Assembly: GCA_037189525.1 (NCBI GenBank)
Contig: JBBCJC010000001.1
Span: 32,001-96,000 of the forward strand
DNA: 64,000 bases
Direction: 5' to 3'
DNA from: Gemmatimonadales bacterium
GTDB taxonomy: Bacteria > Gemmatimonadota > Gemmatimonadetes > Gemmatimonadales > GWC2-71-9
Shown here piece by piece: positions 28,348 through 37,940 of this stretch. The notes beneath the pieces were generated by a model. It saw nothing but the letters and a program-made list of their open reading frames with translations, was not told where the DNA came from and made no database searches. The first letter of the stretch is position 1, and every line of letters begins with the position of its first letter. Made by a program: the position numbers and the translations under genes.

Positions 28348-29172
28348 CTATTCATAGTATCGCGCTGTCCGGTCGATCCGCGCCGAGAACTCGGCATCGT
28401 GACCAATCCAGAGCTGCGCCTCATGCTCTGCCAGCAACTGCGCCACCCGATCCATCGATGCCCGCGACTGTTCCACGTCGAAATTGAAGGACGGCACGGC
28501 CCGGTTCTCCCACATGTACTGGAAGTGCACCAGGTCACCGGAGAGGATGACCGGCCCCGTCCGCGGCAACCGGACCAGCAGCGACTGATGCCCCGGTGTG
28601 TGCCCCGGGGTCGAGAGAATGACGACGCTGCCGTCGCCGAAGACATCGAGGTCACCCTCGAGCAGTTCCAGTACCTGCCGCGGATGGATCATCCCGGGAG
28701 ACGTCCGTTGCACCAGTTCGTGCTCCGGGCGTTGGATCAGCAGGCGAGCCGTGGGAAACATCGTCACGTTGCCGACGTGATCGCCGTGCGTGTGCGAGAA
28801 CGCGAGATAGGTGATCGCAGCCGTCGAGACACCAAGGGCCTCGAGTTGCGCCTCCAGCGTTCGATCGCGAAACCAGGTGATGACCCGGGTCGGGGCCAGG
28901 ATCCCATCCGGATGAGCGGCCACGGAGTCCGGCACGCCCGTCTCCCAGAGCAGGGTACCGTTGGCGTGCTCGATCAGATAACAGTTGTTGGAGAGCGGGA
29001 GCGCCTGCCCCACGTTGACGCCCGGCGTCCAGCGCGACTGATCGTGCGCAACGAGGCGTCCACAGTCCAGGACGGTCATGTGTCGCAAACCGTCGGCTCC
29101 GGCGCTGCGGCAACCACCGAGCGCGCACAGGATCGGGATCCCGATGGCGGCCAGGCTCGATCGAACGTTCAC
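28348..29172 (-). CDS. N-acyl homoserine lactonase-family metallo-beta-lactamase-fold protein (lipoprotein)
   Basis: SHTHGDHVG (HxHxDH), TPGHTPGH, LSGD, WIGHD; lipobox ALGG-C. GTG start inferred. Confidence 0.85.
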   Translation of the reverse strand: MNVRSSLAAIGIPILCALGGCRSAGADGLRHMTVLDCGRLVAHDQSRWTPGVNVGQALPLSNNCYLIEHANGTLLWETGVPDSVAAHPDGILAPTRVITWFRDRTLEAQLEALGVSTAAITYLAFSHTHGDHVGNVTMFPTARLLIQRPEHELVQRTSPGMIHPRQVLELLEGDLDVFGDGSVVILSTPGHTPGHQSLLVRLPRTGPVILSGDLVHFQYMWENRAVPSFNFDVEQSRASMDRVAQLLAEHEAQLWIGHDAEFSARIDRTARYYE

Positions 29173-29253
29173 AGATGGCAGCTCCGCTGGGGTCTCCACA
29201 CAAGCTACCGGTATTCCGCCGGCGAATACACCAGGGGAATCCCCCAAGTCGCC

Positions 29254-29280
29254 GGAAACCTGGCCGGCGGTTCATCCGTC
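29254..29280 (+). promoter_or_regulatory. Possible ECF-sigma promoter (GGAAAC-N17-CGTC)
   Basis: Matches the generic ECF AAC...CGT pattern, upstream of the DUF5916 gene. Confidence 0.25.
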
Positions 29281-29399
29281 AGGAGATTGATCCCCACGCT
29301 GATCCGCCGTCCTCGGATATCGTCACTATTTTGGGACCGGGTCGAGTGCGGGTATAGCGTTCCGCGCCCTGGGCCAACCCAACCGAAGACGATCTCCAC

Positions 29400-32045
29400 G
29401 TGATCCGACGAATCGATATTCGCGTGCTCCTGTTGACGGGCACCCTTGCCGCCGGCCTGCCCGCGCTGGCAGCCGCTCAGGCCTCGCCCAAGTCCGCCCG
29501 CGCGGTTCGGCTGACCGGTCCCGGTCCTCACATCGACGGCGACCTGCGCGACCCGGCCTGGGAAACGGCCGCGCCGATCGGGGATTTCGTCGAGAAGATT
29601 CCGGTCGAAGGGGCCCAGCCGAGTCTCAGGACCGAGGTTCGGATCCTGTTCGACGAGGACGCCATCTACGTCGGCGCCCGCCTCTTCCGGCCCGACCCGC
29701 ACAACATTCCGGTCGCCGTGACTCGGCGCGATGCCGCGAGCAACGCGGAATCGCTGGTGCTGTCCTTCGACACCTATCTGGACCGGCGCACCTCGTACAG
29801 CTTCGCCATCTCATCCGGCGGTGTGCGCAGCGACTATTACCATGGCCAGGATCTTCAATCCAATCGCCAATACGAGTTCGATCCGATCTGGACCGCCAAA
29901 GCCCGAGTCGACAGCCTGGGGTGGACGGCCGAGATGCGGATTCCGTTTTCACAACTGCGGTTCAGCGCGGGCGCCGAGCAGACGTGGGGGCTGCAGATCC
30001 AGCGCCTGATTCCGGATCGGAACATGGACCTCTACTGGGTCCTGATCCCCCGAGCTAACGAGATGTCGGGATGGTCCTCCTACTTCGGGCAACTGACCGG
30101 CATCGAGGGAATCCGGGGCGGACGCGGCATCGAAGTGGTACCCTACACCGCCGGCGACCTCACGCTGCGCGGCAACCGCGACCCGCGCAACCCGTTCGAT
30201 CAGACCTTCCTCGGTCGTGCGGGCGCCGACATCAAGGCGGGACTCGGTGCCAGCCTGACGCTCGACGCCACGGTCAATCCCGACTTCGGACAGGTCGAGG
30301 CCGACCCGGCAGAGGTGAATCTCACCGCGTTCGAGACCGTGTTCGAAGAAAAACGACCGTTCTTCATCGAGGGGCACGAAATCCTGACTGGACGCGCCCA
30401 GAGCTATCTCGGCCGGCCGACCTACTTCTACACCCGGCGGATCGGGGCCAGTCCGCGCGGCGCCATCGGGGGCGATTTCACCGACCAGCCTCGCAATAGT
30501 ACGATCATCGGCGCCACCAAGGTGACGGGGCGTCTGCCCTCGGGGCTTTCGGTGGGCATGCTGACCTCGCTGACGGCGCGCGAGTGGGGCCGCGGCTACG
30601 ACACCACCACCGGGATGTACTCCCGCGCGGCGGTCGAGCCGGGCACGGGGTTCGGCGTGCTGAGACTTCAGCAGGAGGTCGGACGGAGCCGCTCGACGTT
30701 AGGCATGGTCCTGACCGGCGTGCGTCGCGACCTGGGTGAGACCGGCGGCCTCGACACCCTGCTCAGCCGAGACGCCGTCACCGGCGGCGTGGATTGGCGG
30801 CTTCGGTTCGAGCAGGGCAAATACGAAGTCACCGGCTGGGCCGGCTTCAGCCGAGTCGCCGGCGACGCCGCAAGTATCGATCGGATCCAACGGGCCAGCG
30901 CGCACTACTTCCAGCGCCCCGACGCCGACTATCTCGACTACGATGCGCTCAGGCGCTCACTTTCGGGATACACGGCCTCGGTGCGCGCCGACAAAAATGC
31001 CGGGCGACACACGCTCTGGGGCATTCAGGTCGGTGTCAAATCGCCGGGGTTCGAGATCAATGACATCGGGCAAATGGCGCGAGCGGACGCGATCGACTTC
31101 AACGCCGACATCCAGCTGCGTGAGACCCAGCCGAACCGCTACTTCCGCTTCTTCAACATCGGCCATTCGGTGGTGGGCCAGTGGGATTTCGGAATGGAGC
31201 GCCAGCTGCTCCGGCTGAACCAGAGTACCAGCTTCGTCTTCAACAACTTCTGGAGCACCTCGTTCAGGGTCACGTACGCCCATAACGCGATGAGCAATAC
31301 GCTGACGCGCGGCGGGCCCTACATGGAGACCCCGCACAACTGGACCTTCCAGGCGTCGCTGGCCGGCAACCCCTCCTCGAAAACGACCTGGTCGACCTCG
31401 CTGACACATCAGCGCGACGGGCTGGGCGGCACCGGCTGGAGCACCAGCGGCAGCATCACGACTCGGCCCAGCGCCAGGTGGGAAGCCTCGGTGACCCCGC
31501 GGTATTCACGACTGACCAATCCGCGGCAGTATATCACCCGCGCTGCCGGCGGCAGCACGAGCACCTACGGATCGCGCTATCTTTTCTCCTTCATCGACCA
31601 GAGCACGATTGCCGCGCAATTCCGGCTCAACTACGCCTTCACTCCGAACCTGACGATCCAGGGTTACGCCGAGCCGTTTGCTTCGAGCGGCCGGTACTAT
31701 GACTTCGGTGAGCTGGCCGCGGCCCGAACCTCCGACCTGCGCACCTACGGGTCGACAGCCGGCACCACCATTTCGGCCGGCGCGGATGGCCGCTATACCG
31801 TCACCGACGGCGGAACCAGCTTCGCGTTCTCGCGACCCGACTTCAATGTGCTGTCCTTCCGCTCCAACCTGGTGATCCGCTGGGAATGGATGGCAGGCAG
31901 CACCTTCTTCCTGATCTGGCAGCAGAACCGCGGCAATCTGCTCGACGCCGGCGACTTCGTCCGGGTCCGGTCGCTCTGGGACGCGGTCAACGCACCTGGG
32001 GACAATTTCCTCGCGGCCAAACTGAGTTACTGGTTCAAGGTCTGA
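29400..32045 (+). CDS. DUF5916 protein with N-terminal CBM9-like domain (probable outer-membrane beta-barrel)
   Basis: IDGDLRDPAW, WTAEMRIPFSQLRF, DATVNPDFGQVEAD, EKRPFF, C-terminal KLSYW. Confidence 0.85.
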   Translation: MIRRIDIRVLLLTGTLAAGLPALAAAQASPKSARAVRLTGPGPHIDGDLRDPAWETAAPIGDFVEKIPVEGAQPSLRTEVRILFDEDAIYVGARLFRPDPHNIPVAVTRRDAASNAESLVLSFDTYLDRRTSYSFAISSGGVRSDYYHGQDLQSNRQYEFDPIWTAKARVDSLGWTAEMRIPFSQLRFSAGAEQTWGLQIQRLIPDRNMDLYWVLIPRANEMSGWSSYFGQLTGIEGIRGGRGIEVVPYTAGDLTLRGNRDPRNPFDQTFLGRAGADIKAGLGASLTLDATVNPDFGQVEADPAEVNLTAFETVFEEKRPFFIEGHEILTGRAQSYLGRPTYFYTRRIGASPRGAIGGDFTDQPRNSTIIGATKVTGRLPSGLSVGMLTSLTAREWGRGYDTTTGMYSRAAVEPGTGFGVLRLQQEVGRSRSTLGMVLTGVRRDLGETGGLDTLLSRDAVTGGVDWRLRFEQGKYEVTGWAGFSRVAGDAASIDRIQRASAHYFQRPDADYLDYDALRRSLSGYTASVRADKNAGRHTLWGIQVGVKSPGFEINDIGQMARADAIDFNADIQLRETQPNRYFRFFNIGHSVVGQWDFGMERQLLRLNQSTSFVFNNFWSTSFRVTYAHNAMSNTLTRGGPYMETPHNWTFQASLAGNPSSKTTWSTSLTHQRDGLGGTGWSTSGSITTRPSARWEASVTPRYSRLTNPRQYITRAAGGSTSTYGSRYLFSFIDQSTIAAQFRLNYAFTPNLTIQGYAEPFASSGRYYDFGELAAARTSDLRTYGSTAGTTISAGADGRYTVTDGGTSFAFSRPDFNVLSFRSNLVIRWEWMAGSTFFLIWQQNRGNLLDAGDFVRVRSLWDAVNAPGDNFLAAKLSYWFKV

Positions 32046-32052
32046 CCGATCC

Positions 32053-32114
32053 GCAGCCCTCTCCTTGACGGGATAGGAGAGGGCTGCCACTATTCTCCTA
32101 TGCACCATAGGAGA
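32053..32114 (+). promoter_or_regulatory. Tandem TCTCCT-N9-AGGAGA palindromes (putative PadR operators) overlapping TTGACG-N17-CACTAT promoter and SD
   Basis: 13-bp perfect IR at 32053-32087 and 9-bp perfect IR at 32094-32114, immediately upstream of padR ATG 32120. Confidence 0.7.
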
Positions 32115-32119
32115 GTAGC

Positions 32120-32461
32120 ATGACCCGTCAGGCCGACCTGCTTCCCGGCAACCTCGATCTCGTGATCCTCAAGGCGGTGTCGCTCGGTGAGGTGCACGGA
32201 TATGGGGTGCTGCTCCGGATCGAGGCGATTTCCCAGGGCGCCATCCTGGTCCAGCAGGGCGCCCTGTATCCCGCGCTCTATCGGCTGGAGCACCAGGGTC
32301 TGCTCGCGAGCAAGTGGGGCACCTCGGACAATAACCGCCGCGCCAAGTACTACCGGCTGACTCCGCTGGGCCGCCGCCAGTTCGAAGATCAGAAGACCAG
32401 CTGGGGCCGGCTGGCCGACGCGATCACGCTGACCCTGGCTGCCACGCCGCAGGAGGTGTGA
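32120..32461 (+). CDS. PadR family transcriptional regulator (acidobacterial type)
   Basis: LLPGNLDLVILK, HGYG, QGALYPALYRLE, NNRRAKYYRLT. Confidence 0.92.
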   Translation: MTRQADLLPGNLDLVILKAVSLGEVHGYGVLLRIEAISQGAILVQQGALYPALYRLEHQGLLASKWGTSDNNRRAKYYRLTPLGRRQFEDQKTSWGRLADAITLTLAATPQEV

Positions 32462-32462
32462 C

Positions 32463-35177
32463 GTGCCGAGTCACGCCAGCCTGACGGCCCGATTGCGGTC
32501 GCTCGCGCGCGGCCTGCTCTGCCGCAATGACGTCGAGGCCGAGATCCGCGAGGAATTTCAGCACCATATCGCGATGCGCGCCGAGCACCTCGAGCGCCAG
32601 GGACTCGACCCGGTTGCAGCCGCGCGGCAAGCGCGAGTCGAGTTCGGCCACCAGGACACCCACCGGGAGGAGGCGCGACAGTCGCGCGGCCTCCGCGTCT
32701 TCGACCAGGTCCGCTTCTCGTGGCTCGACCTCAAGCTCGGCGTCCGAATGGTAACTCGGCACCCGATGCTCAGCATCGCAGCCATCTTTGCGCTCGCGGT
32801 GGGCATCCCGATCGGCATTGCGCCGAGCCACGTGGCAACCGCGCTGGAAGCCCCACTCCCCGGCGACCCGGACCATCGGGTTCGGGCCCTCCGCACCTGG
32901 GACCCGATGGCCGCGAGGGTTCACGCGACGCTCTACGAGGAGTTCGACTTCTACACTCGGGAGCTCAAGAGTTTTGCGGCGTTGGCCGCGTTTCGGACAT
33001 CGTCCTACAGCGTGGCATCCGACGACGGTCGAGCAGCGCCCGTCGCGGGAGCGGAGATCACCTCGACCGGTTTTGCCGTGCTTCGGGTTGCGCCCCACCT
33101 TGGCCGGACCCTGACCGCAGCCGACGACGAGTACGGCGCGCCGGATGTGGCCGTCCTCGGATACAGCCTTTGGCGATCGCGGTTCGGAGCGGACCCCAAC
33201 ATCGTGGGCCGGACCCTTCGGGTGGGGAGCACGGTCCGCACGGTCGTCGGTGTGATGCCGGACGGCTTCCGGTTCCCGTCCAACGAGCAGCTTTGGCTTC
33301 CGATGGCTGCGCATGCTGCCGGAAACATGGCCGGCCAGGCACGCGTTCAGATCGTGGGACGTCTCGCGGATGGCGTATCGGCCGACCAGGCGCAGGCGGA
33401 GCTCGCGGCGATGGGACCGCCGCCGCTCACCGAACCCACCGAAGGACGGCGGCGGCTTCGGCCAGAAGTCGTTCCGTTCGGGCTGCTGTTCATGGGCTTG
33501 CCGCGCAGCGGTCTCGACAGCATGCCGGAGTACTGGCTGGTACAGGCGCTCAGCCTGGCGCTCCTGCTGGTGGCGTGTGGCAATGTCGCCATGCTCGTCT
33601 TTGCCCGCACCGTTACGCGATTCAAGGAAATGGCCATCCGCACCGCGCTCGGCGCGAGCCGGTCGCGGATCGTGAGCCAGGTCTTCGTCGAGACGCTGGT
33701 GCTGGCGGTCGTCGCGGCCGGTGCTGGCGTCCTCACGGTCGACTGGATCGTTCGACACGTGAACCTCGCGGCATTTGTCGGGGCGGCGGCCCTGCCCTAC
33801 TGGCTCTCGTTAGGCATCACAGGCAAGGCCATGGTCCAGGCCATTGCCCTCGCAGCGATCTGCGCCACGGTGGCCGGCGTGGCACCCGCCATCCGGATCA
33901 CTAGCCGCGCGGCGCGCGAGCGGGTCTCGGCGCAGGTACCGTCACGCTTCGGCGGGCTCACCACTGCCCTGGTCGTTGGAGACATTGCCGTCTCGGTCGC
34001 CGTGGTGGGACTGGCGCTGGCCATGGTCGGACGGGCAACCGATCTGAAGCAGGACGATCGGGCGGCGGGCATTCCAGCGGCAGAATATCTCGCTGTGGAA
34101 CTTCGACTGCCCGACGACGGCTTACCGGCTACCGCTGGGCAGGAGCAGCAGCGGTTGACCGACCGCCTCGCCACGATCCAACGTGAACTGGTCGCAACCC
34201 TCACCCGGGAACCTGGGGTCACCAGCGTTGCGATTGCCGACGCGCTACCCCGGATGGATCATCGAGCCCGGCCGTACGAGGTCGAAGGCCGTGAACGCGC
34301 CACTGATGCCCGGCAGCCCTGGGTGAGCATGGCGCGCGTCGACGTCGGGTTCCTGACCGCGCTCAGCCGATCGGTCCTCTCAGGCCGGGATTTCACGGCG
34401 GAAGACGGAGAACGCGGCCGGGCGGTGGTGATCGTGAATACTGCCTTCGCCACCCGGGAGTTCGGCACCGAGGATCCACTCGGTCGCCGGATCGCCTTTC
34501 CGACCCCGGACGACGAGGCTCCGGTGTGGTACGAGATCATCGGCGTGGTCCCGCACCTCGGCGTCAACATGGTCAATCCCGAAAAGGGCGCCGCGGTCTA
34601 CGTACCAACCGGCCCCGGACAGCTCAACCCGATGCAGCTGGCAATCCATACCGGCCCCGCGCCGGAGCGACTGGTGTCGCGGCTTCCGGTACTGGTAGCA
34701 TCGATCGATCCTGGGCTGGTGATGGGAGCACCGGTCGTGCTGAGTAACGTGCGCCAGAGCGACTGGTACCTCGTGCTGGCCGTCGCAAGCGGACTGCTGG
34801 TATTGGTCGGCGTGCTGGTGGCTCTCGCTGCATCGGGACTCTATGCGATGCTCTCGCTGTCGGTCTCGGAGCGCACCCGCGAAATCGGGATCCGCTCAGC
34901 GCTGGGATCATCTTCGCGTGCGCTGGTGACCACCATCCTGCGGCGTTCGCTGGTACAGATCGGAGTCGGCGCGCTGATCGGCCTGCCATTTGCCGCCCGC
35001 TTCGTCTTCGAGCTTGGTAACGATGCAGGGGGATCGACGTCGGCCGCCGGCTCCCTCTTGTCGGCAGTGGGTCTGGCTGGCATCATTGTGCTGGTGGTGG
35101 GACTGATCGCCTGCCTCGTTCCGACCCGTCGCGTCCTGGCCATCGAGGCAAGCGAAGCGATGCGGGCCGAGGGGTAG
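32463..35177 (+). CDS. ADOP-family duplicated ABC permease (MacB/FtsX-type)
   Basis: EIREEFQHHI prefix, LLVACGNVAML, EMAIRTALGA, RTREIGIRSALG; GGAGG SD. Confidence 0.9.
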   Translation: MPSHASLTARLRSLARGLLCRNDVEAEIREEFQHHIAMRAEHLERQGLDPVAAARQARVEFGHQDTHREEARQSRGLRVFDQVRFSWLDLKLGVRMVTRHPMLSIAAIFALAVGIPIGIAPSHVATALEAPLPGDPDHRVRALRTWDPMAARVHATLYEEFDFYTRELKSFAALAAFRTSSYSVASDDGRAAPVAGAEITSTGFAVLRVAPHLGRTLTAADDEYGAPDVAVLGYSLWRSRFGADPNIVGRTLRVGSTVRTVVGVMPDGFRFPSNEQLWLPMAAHAAGNMAGQARVQIVGRLADGVSADQAQAELAAMGPPPLTEPTEGRRRLRPEVVPFGLLFMGLPRSGLDSMPEYWLVQALSLALLLVACGNVAMLVFARTVTRFKEMAIRTALGASRSRIVSQVFVETLVLAVVAAGAGVLTVDWIVRHVNLAAFVGAAALPYWLSLGITGKAMVQAIALAAICATVAGVAPAIRITSRAARERVSAQVPSRFGGLTTALVVGDIAVSVAVVGLALAMVGRATDLKQDDRAAGIPAAEYLAVELRLPDDGLPATAGQEQQRLTDRLATIQRELVATLTREPGVTSVAIADALPRMDHRARPYEVEGRERATDARQPWVSMARVDVGFLTALSRSVLSGRDFTAEDGERGRAVVIVNTAFATREFGTEDPLGRRIAFPTPDDEAPVWYEIIGVVPHLGVNMVNPEKGAAVYVPTGPGQLNPMQLAIHTGPAPERLVSRLPVLVASIDPGLVMGAPVVLSNVRQSDWYLVLAVASGLLVLVGVLVALAASGLYAMLSLSVSERTREIGIRSALGSSSRALVTTILRRSLVQIGVGALIGLPFAARFVFELGNDAGGSTSAAGSLLSAVGLAGIIVLVVGLIACLVPTRRVLAIEASEAMRAEG

Positions 35178-35213
35178 CCTGGGCAAACATTCTTCGCTCG
35201 AGCAAAACAGCCC

Positions 35214-35633
35214 ATGTCCGCCGGGTACTCTGGGACTCCCCTTCAGAAGAAACTGGGCATCAAGCCCGGTACGCACCTGACGGCACTGAGCGCACCCTCC
35301 GACTACCGGTCCCTGCTCAGCGAGTTGCCTGAAGGTGCGGCGATCTCGACCCGCCTCACGACCGCCACCGCCATGGTCCACCTGTTCGTTACCAAACGCC
35401 AGGACCTGGCCAAGCATCTCACCAGCCTCAGGACCAAGGTGCGGGATGACGTCCCGGTCTGGGTTTCCTGGCCAAAGAAAACGTCGGGCGTGCCTTCGAC
35501 CGTGACCGAGGATGTGATCCGCGAAGTGGCGCTGCCCTTGGGCTTCGTCGATATCAAGGTGTGCGCGGTGTCCGAGATCTGGTCGGGTCTCAAGCTCGTG
35601 ATCCGCAAGGAGCTGCGGAGCCGGCCCGGCTGA
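35214..35633 (+). CDS. DUF3052 family protein
   Basis: AGYSGTPLQKKLGIK, WVSWPKK, VDIKVCAV...WSGLK. Confidence 0.88.
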   Translation: MSAGYSGTPLQKKLGIKPGTHLTALSAPSDYRSLLSELPEGAAISTRLTTATAMVHLFVTKRQDLAKHLTSLRTKVRDDVPVWVSWPKKTSGVPSTVTEDVIREVALPLGFVDIKVCAVSEIWSGLKLVIRKELRSRPG

Positions 35634-35676
35634 CGATCGCGCGGGGACGTTTAGATTCACCCTGTTCTGCGGCTGG

Positions 35677-36258
35677 ATGTCCACTCAGGAGCGACCGATG
35701 TTCTCCTATCCGCACACGATCGACAACGGCCTGGGCGAACGGCTCACCTTTCTGCGACGGGTGACCACGCCGGAGGGCGAAGCGCTCGAAATCGAGAGCG
35801 CCGTCCAGCCCGGTGTCGGACCGCCGATGCACGCGCATCTGATCCAGGAAGAAGGCTTCACCGTCGATAGCGGCCGAGTCGGCTACCAGCGCAAGGGCGA
35901 GGAGCCGCAGTTTGCCGGCCCCGGCGAGTCGGTGGTGTTTCGGGCCGGCGAATCGCACCGGTTCTGGAATGCGGGCACAGATGAGCTGCGATGCACCGGA
36001 TACATTCGTCCGCCCGACAATATCGAGTACTTCCTTGGCGCCCTGTTCAATGCCCAAAAGGCATCAGGAGCCGCTCGGCCCGAAGTATTCGATGCGGCAT
36101 TTCTGATCTCGCGCTACCGAAGCGAGTTCTCGATGGACGAGATCCCCGTCTTCGTGCAGCGTGTCATCTTTCCGGTCCAGGTGATGCTTGGCCACGCACT
36201 CGGTAAGTACCGGAAGTTTGCCGATGCCCCGCCCCCTGTGCACCGACGATTGGGCTGA
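35677..36258 (+). CDS. Cupin domain protein
   Basis: GPPMHAHLIQEEGF...GESHRFWN cupin motifs; alternative start at 35698. Confidence 0.85.
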   Translation: MSTQERPMFSYPHTIDNGLGERLTFLRRVTTPEGEALEIESAVQPGVGPPMHAHLIQEEGFTVDSGRVGYQRKGEEPQFAGPGESVVFRAGESHRFWNAGTDELRCTGYIRPPDNIEYFLGALFNAQKASGAARPEVFDAAFLISRYRSEFSMDEIPVFVQRVIFPVQVMLGHALGKYRKFADAPPPVHRRLG

Positions 36259-36296
36259 TCTCTCGAACATCTCCCGACCCGCGCCGGAGTGGAGCT

Positions 36297-36881
36297 ATGA
36301 GCACGCCGAATCCGAAAGTCGAGGCCTTCGTCGCCCGGGCCACTGCATGGCAGAGGGAGATCCGGAAGCTGCGGAGTATCCTGCTCGACGCGGGGCTGGA
36401 CGAGGACCTGAAATGGGGTAAGCCTTGCTTCATGTTCGAGGGGCAGAATGTCGCCATCATTCAGCCCTTCAAAGCACATTGCGCGCTGATGTTCTTCAAG
36501 GGCGCCTTACTCGAGGACACGCACGGGTTGCTCCGCAACCAGGGCGAGAACACCCAGTCGGCGATGCGGCTCGAGTTTACCAGCGAGGCGTCGATCAAGA
36601 AATCGGTGGTCACGTCGTACGTGAAGCAGGCCATCGCGGTGGAACAGCGCGGCGAGAAGGTCGCGTTCAAGGCAAAGGAGGCCTTGGAGCTTCCGGCCGA
36701 ACTGCGCCAGATCCTCGACAAGGACCGCAAGCTGGCCAAGGCGTTCAGCGCCCTGACGCCCGGCCGGCAGCGAGCCTACGTCCTCTATTTCACCGGAGCA
36801 AAGCAGCCCGCGACGCGGATCGCCCGGATCGAGAGATCGGCCCCCGCGATCCTTGCGGGCAAGGGCATCCACGATCGGTAA
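36297..36881 (+). CDS. YdeI family protein (DUF1801 + OmdA domains)
   Basis: EDLKWGKPCF, FFKGALL, LTPGRQRAY, AKQPATR. Confidence 0.88.
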   Translation: MSTPNPKVEAFVARATAWQREIRKLRSILLDAGLDEDLKWGKPCFMFEGQNVAIIQPFKAHCALMFFKGALLEDTHGLLRNQGENTQSAMRLEFTSEASIKKSVVTSYVKQAIAVEQRGEKVAFKAKEALELPAELRQILDKDRKLAKAFSALTPGRQRAYVLYFTGAKQPATRIARIERSAPAILAGKGIHDR

Positions 36882-36906
36882 CCCCGGTGACGCCAGCATT
36901 GACCCG

Positions 36907-37392
36907 ATGACGTCGTGTACCTTTTGCGATATCGTCGCAGGACGGATCCCGGCAACGATCGTTGCGGCCGATCGCGATACCGTGGCGTTCCTCGACATAC
37001 GTCAATTCCATCTCGGCCACGTTCTGGTCGTGCCACGTACTCACGTAGCCGACATCCGCGACGTTGGTGACGACCTCGCAGCCGCGATACTCGTGACGGT
37101 CGCTCGGGTCGCGCGCGCCGTGGACAGGATTTTTCCGAACGATGGCCTCTCGGTCTGGCATTCGGCGGGCGCCGGCGCCAATCAGGAGGTGCCTCACCTG
37201 CATTTCCACGTCCATCCCCGGATCATCGGCGACGATCTCCTCCGGATCTATCCATCGTCGCCCGATCACCCCGATCGGAGCCAACTGGACGCCTGGGGCG
37301 ATCGTCTGCGAGCCGAACTGGCTCGAGCCGCCAGTCTCCGTGCCAGCGAGCCCGAGGCCGACGCCAGCAACGACACCGATTCAATCGTATAA
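36907..37392 (+). CDS. HIT family hydrolase
   Basis: CTFCDI, AFLDI, GHVLVVP, QEVPHLHFH. Confidence 0.9.
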   Translation: MTSCTFCDIVAGRIPATIVAADRDTVAFLDIRQFHLGHVLVVPRTHVADIRDVGDDLAAAILVTVARVARAVDRIFPNDGLSVWHSAGAGANQEVPHLHFHVHPRIIGDDLLRIYPSSPDHPDRSQLDAWGDRLRAELARAASLRASEPEADASNDTDSIV

Positions 37393-37439
37393 TCCAGAAC
37401 GTCCGATCGCCCGTCCCCGTGAACCAATCAGGAGATGCG

Positions 37440-37853
37440 ATGGCTGAGAACAAGACTCAACCAACCGCGGCCAGCGTCGAAGACTACCTGGCAGCGCGGG
37501 GCACCGAAGAGCAACGCGCCGATTGCCGCGCACTGATGGCGATCCTGCAGCGAGTCACGAAGCAGAAACCCACGATGTGGGGGCCGAGCATCGTCGGCTA
37601 CGGTTCCTACCGATACACCTACGAAAGCGGGCGAACCGGCGAAGCCTGCCTGACCGGCTTCGCCATTCGTGGCAAGGAGCTCGTCGTCTATCTGATGGCG
37701 GAAGGTCCGTCGGAACGGCTGCTGACCAAGCTGGGCAAGCACAGGATCGGCAAGTCCTGTCTCTACTTCAAACGCCTGTCCGATCTCGACAGCGCCGTCC
37801 TGGAACAGCTCGTGGCCAACTCCGTCGCCGACCTCAAGCGTCGTCACGGCTGA
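37440..37853 (+). CDS. DUF1801 family protein
   Basis: MWGPSIVGYGSYRYTYESGRTG, LGKHRIGKSCLY; AGGAG SD. Confidence 0.88.
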   Translation: MAENKTQPTAASVEDYLAARGTEEQRADCRALMAILQRVTKQKPTMWGPSIVGYGSYRYTYESGRTGEACLTGFAIRGKELVVYLMAEGPSERLLTKLGKHRIGKSCLYFKRLSDLDSAVLEQLVANSVADLKRRHG

Positions 37854-37940
37854 CCGGGACTGAAACGCCATCCGCTCGGGCACCCCTTGCCACCGGAGTA
37901 TCCGAGCGGACGGACATCGTCCCTGCACGCCTTGCGACGT

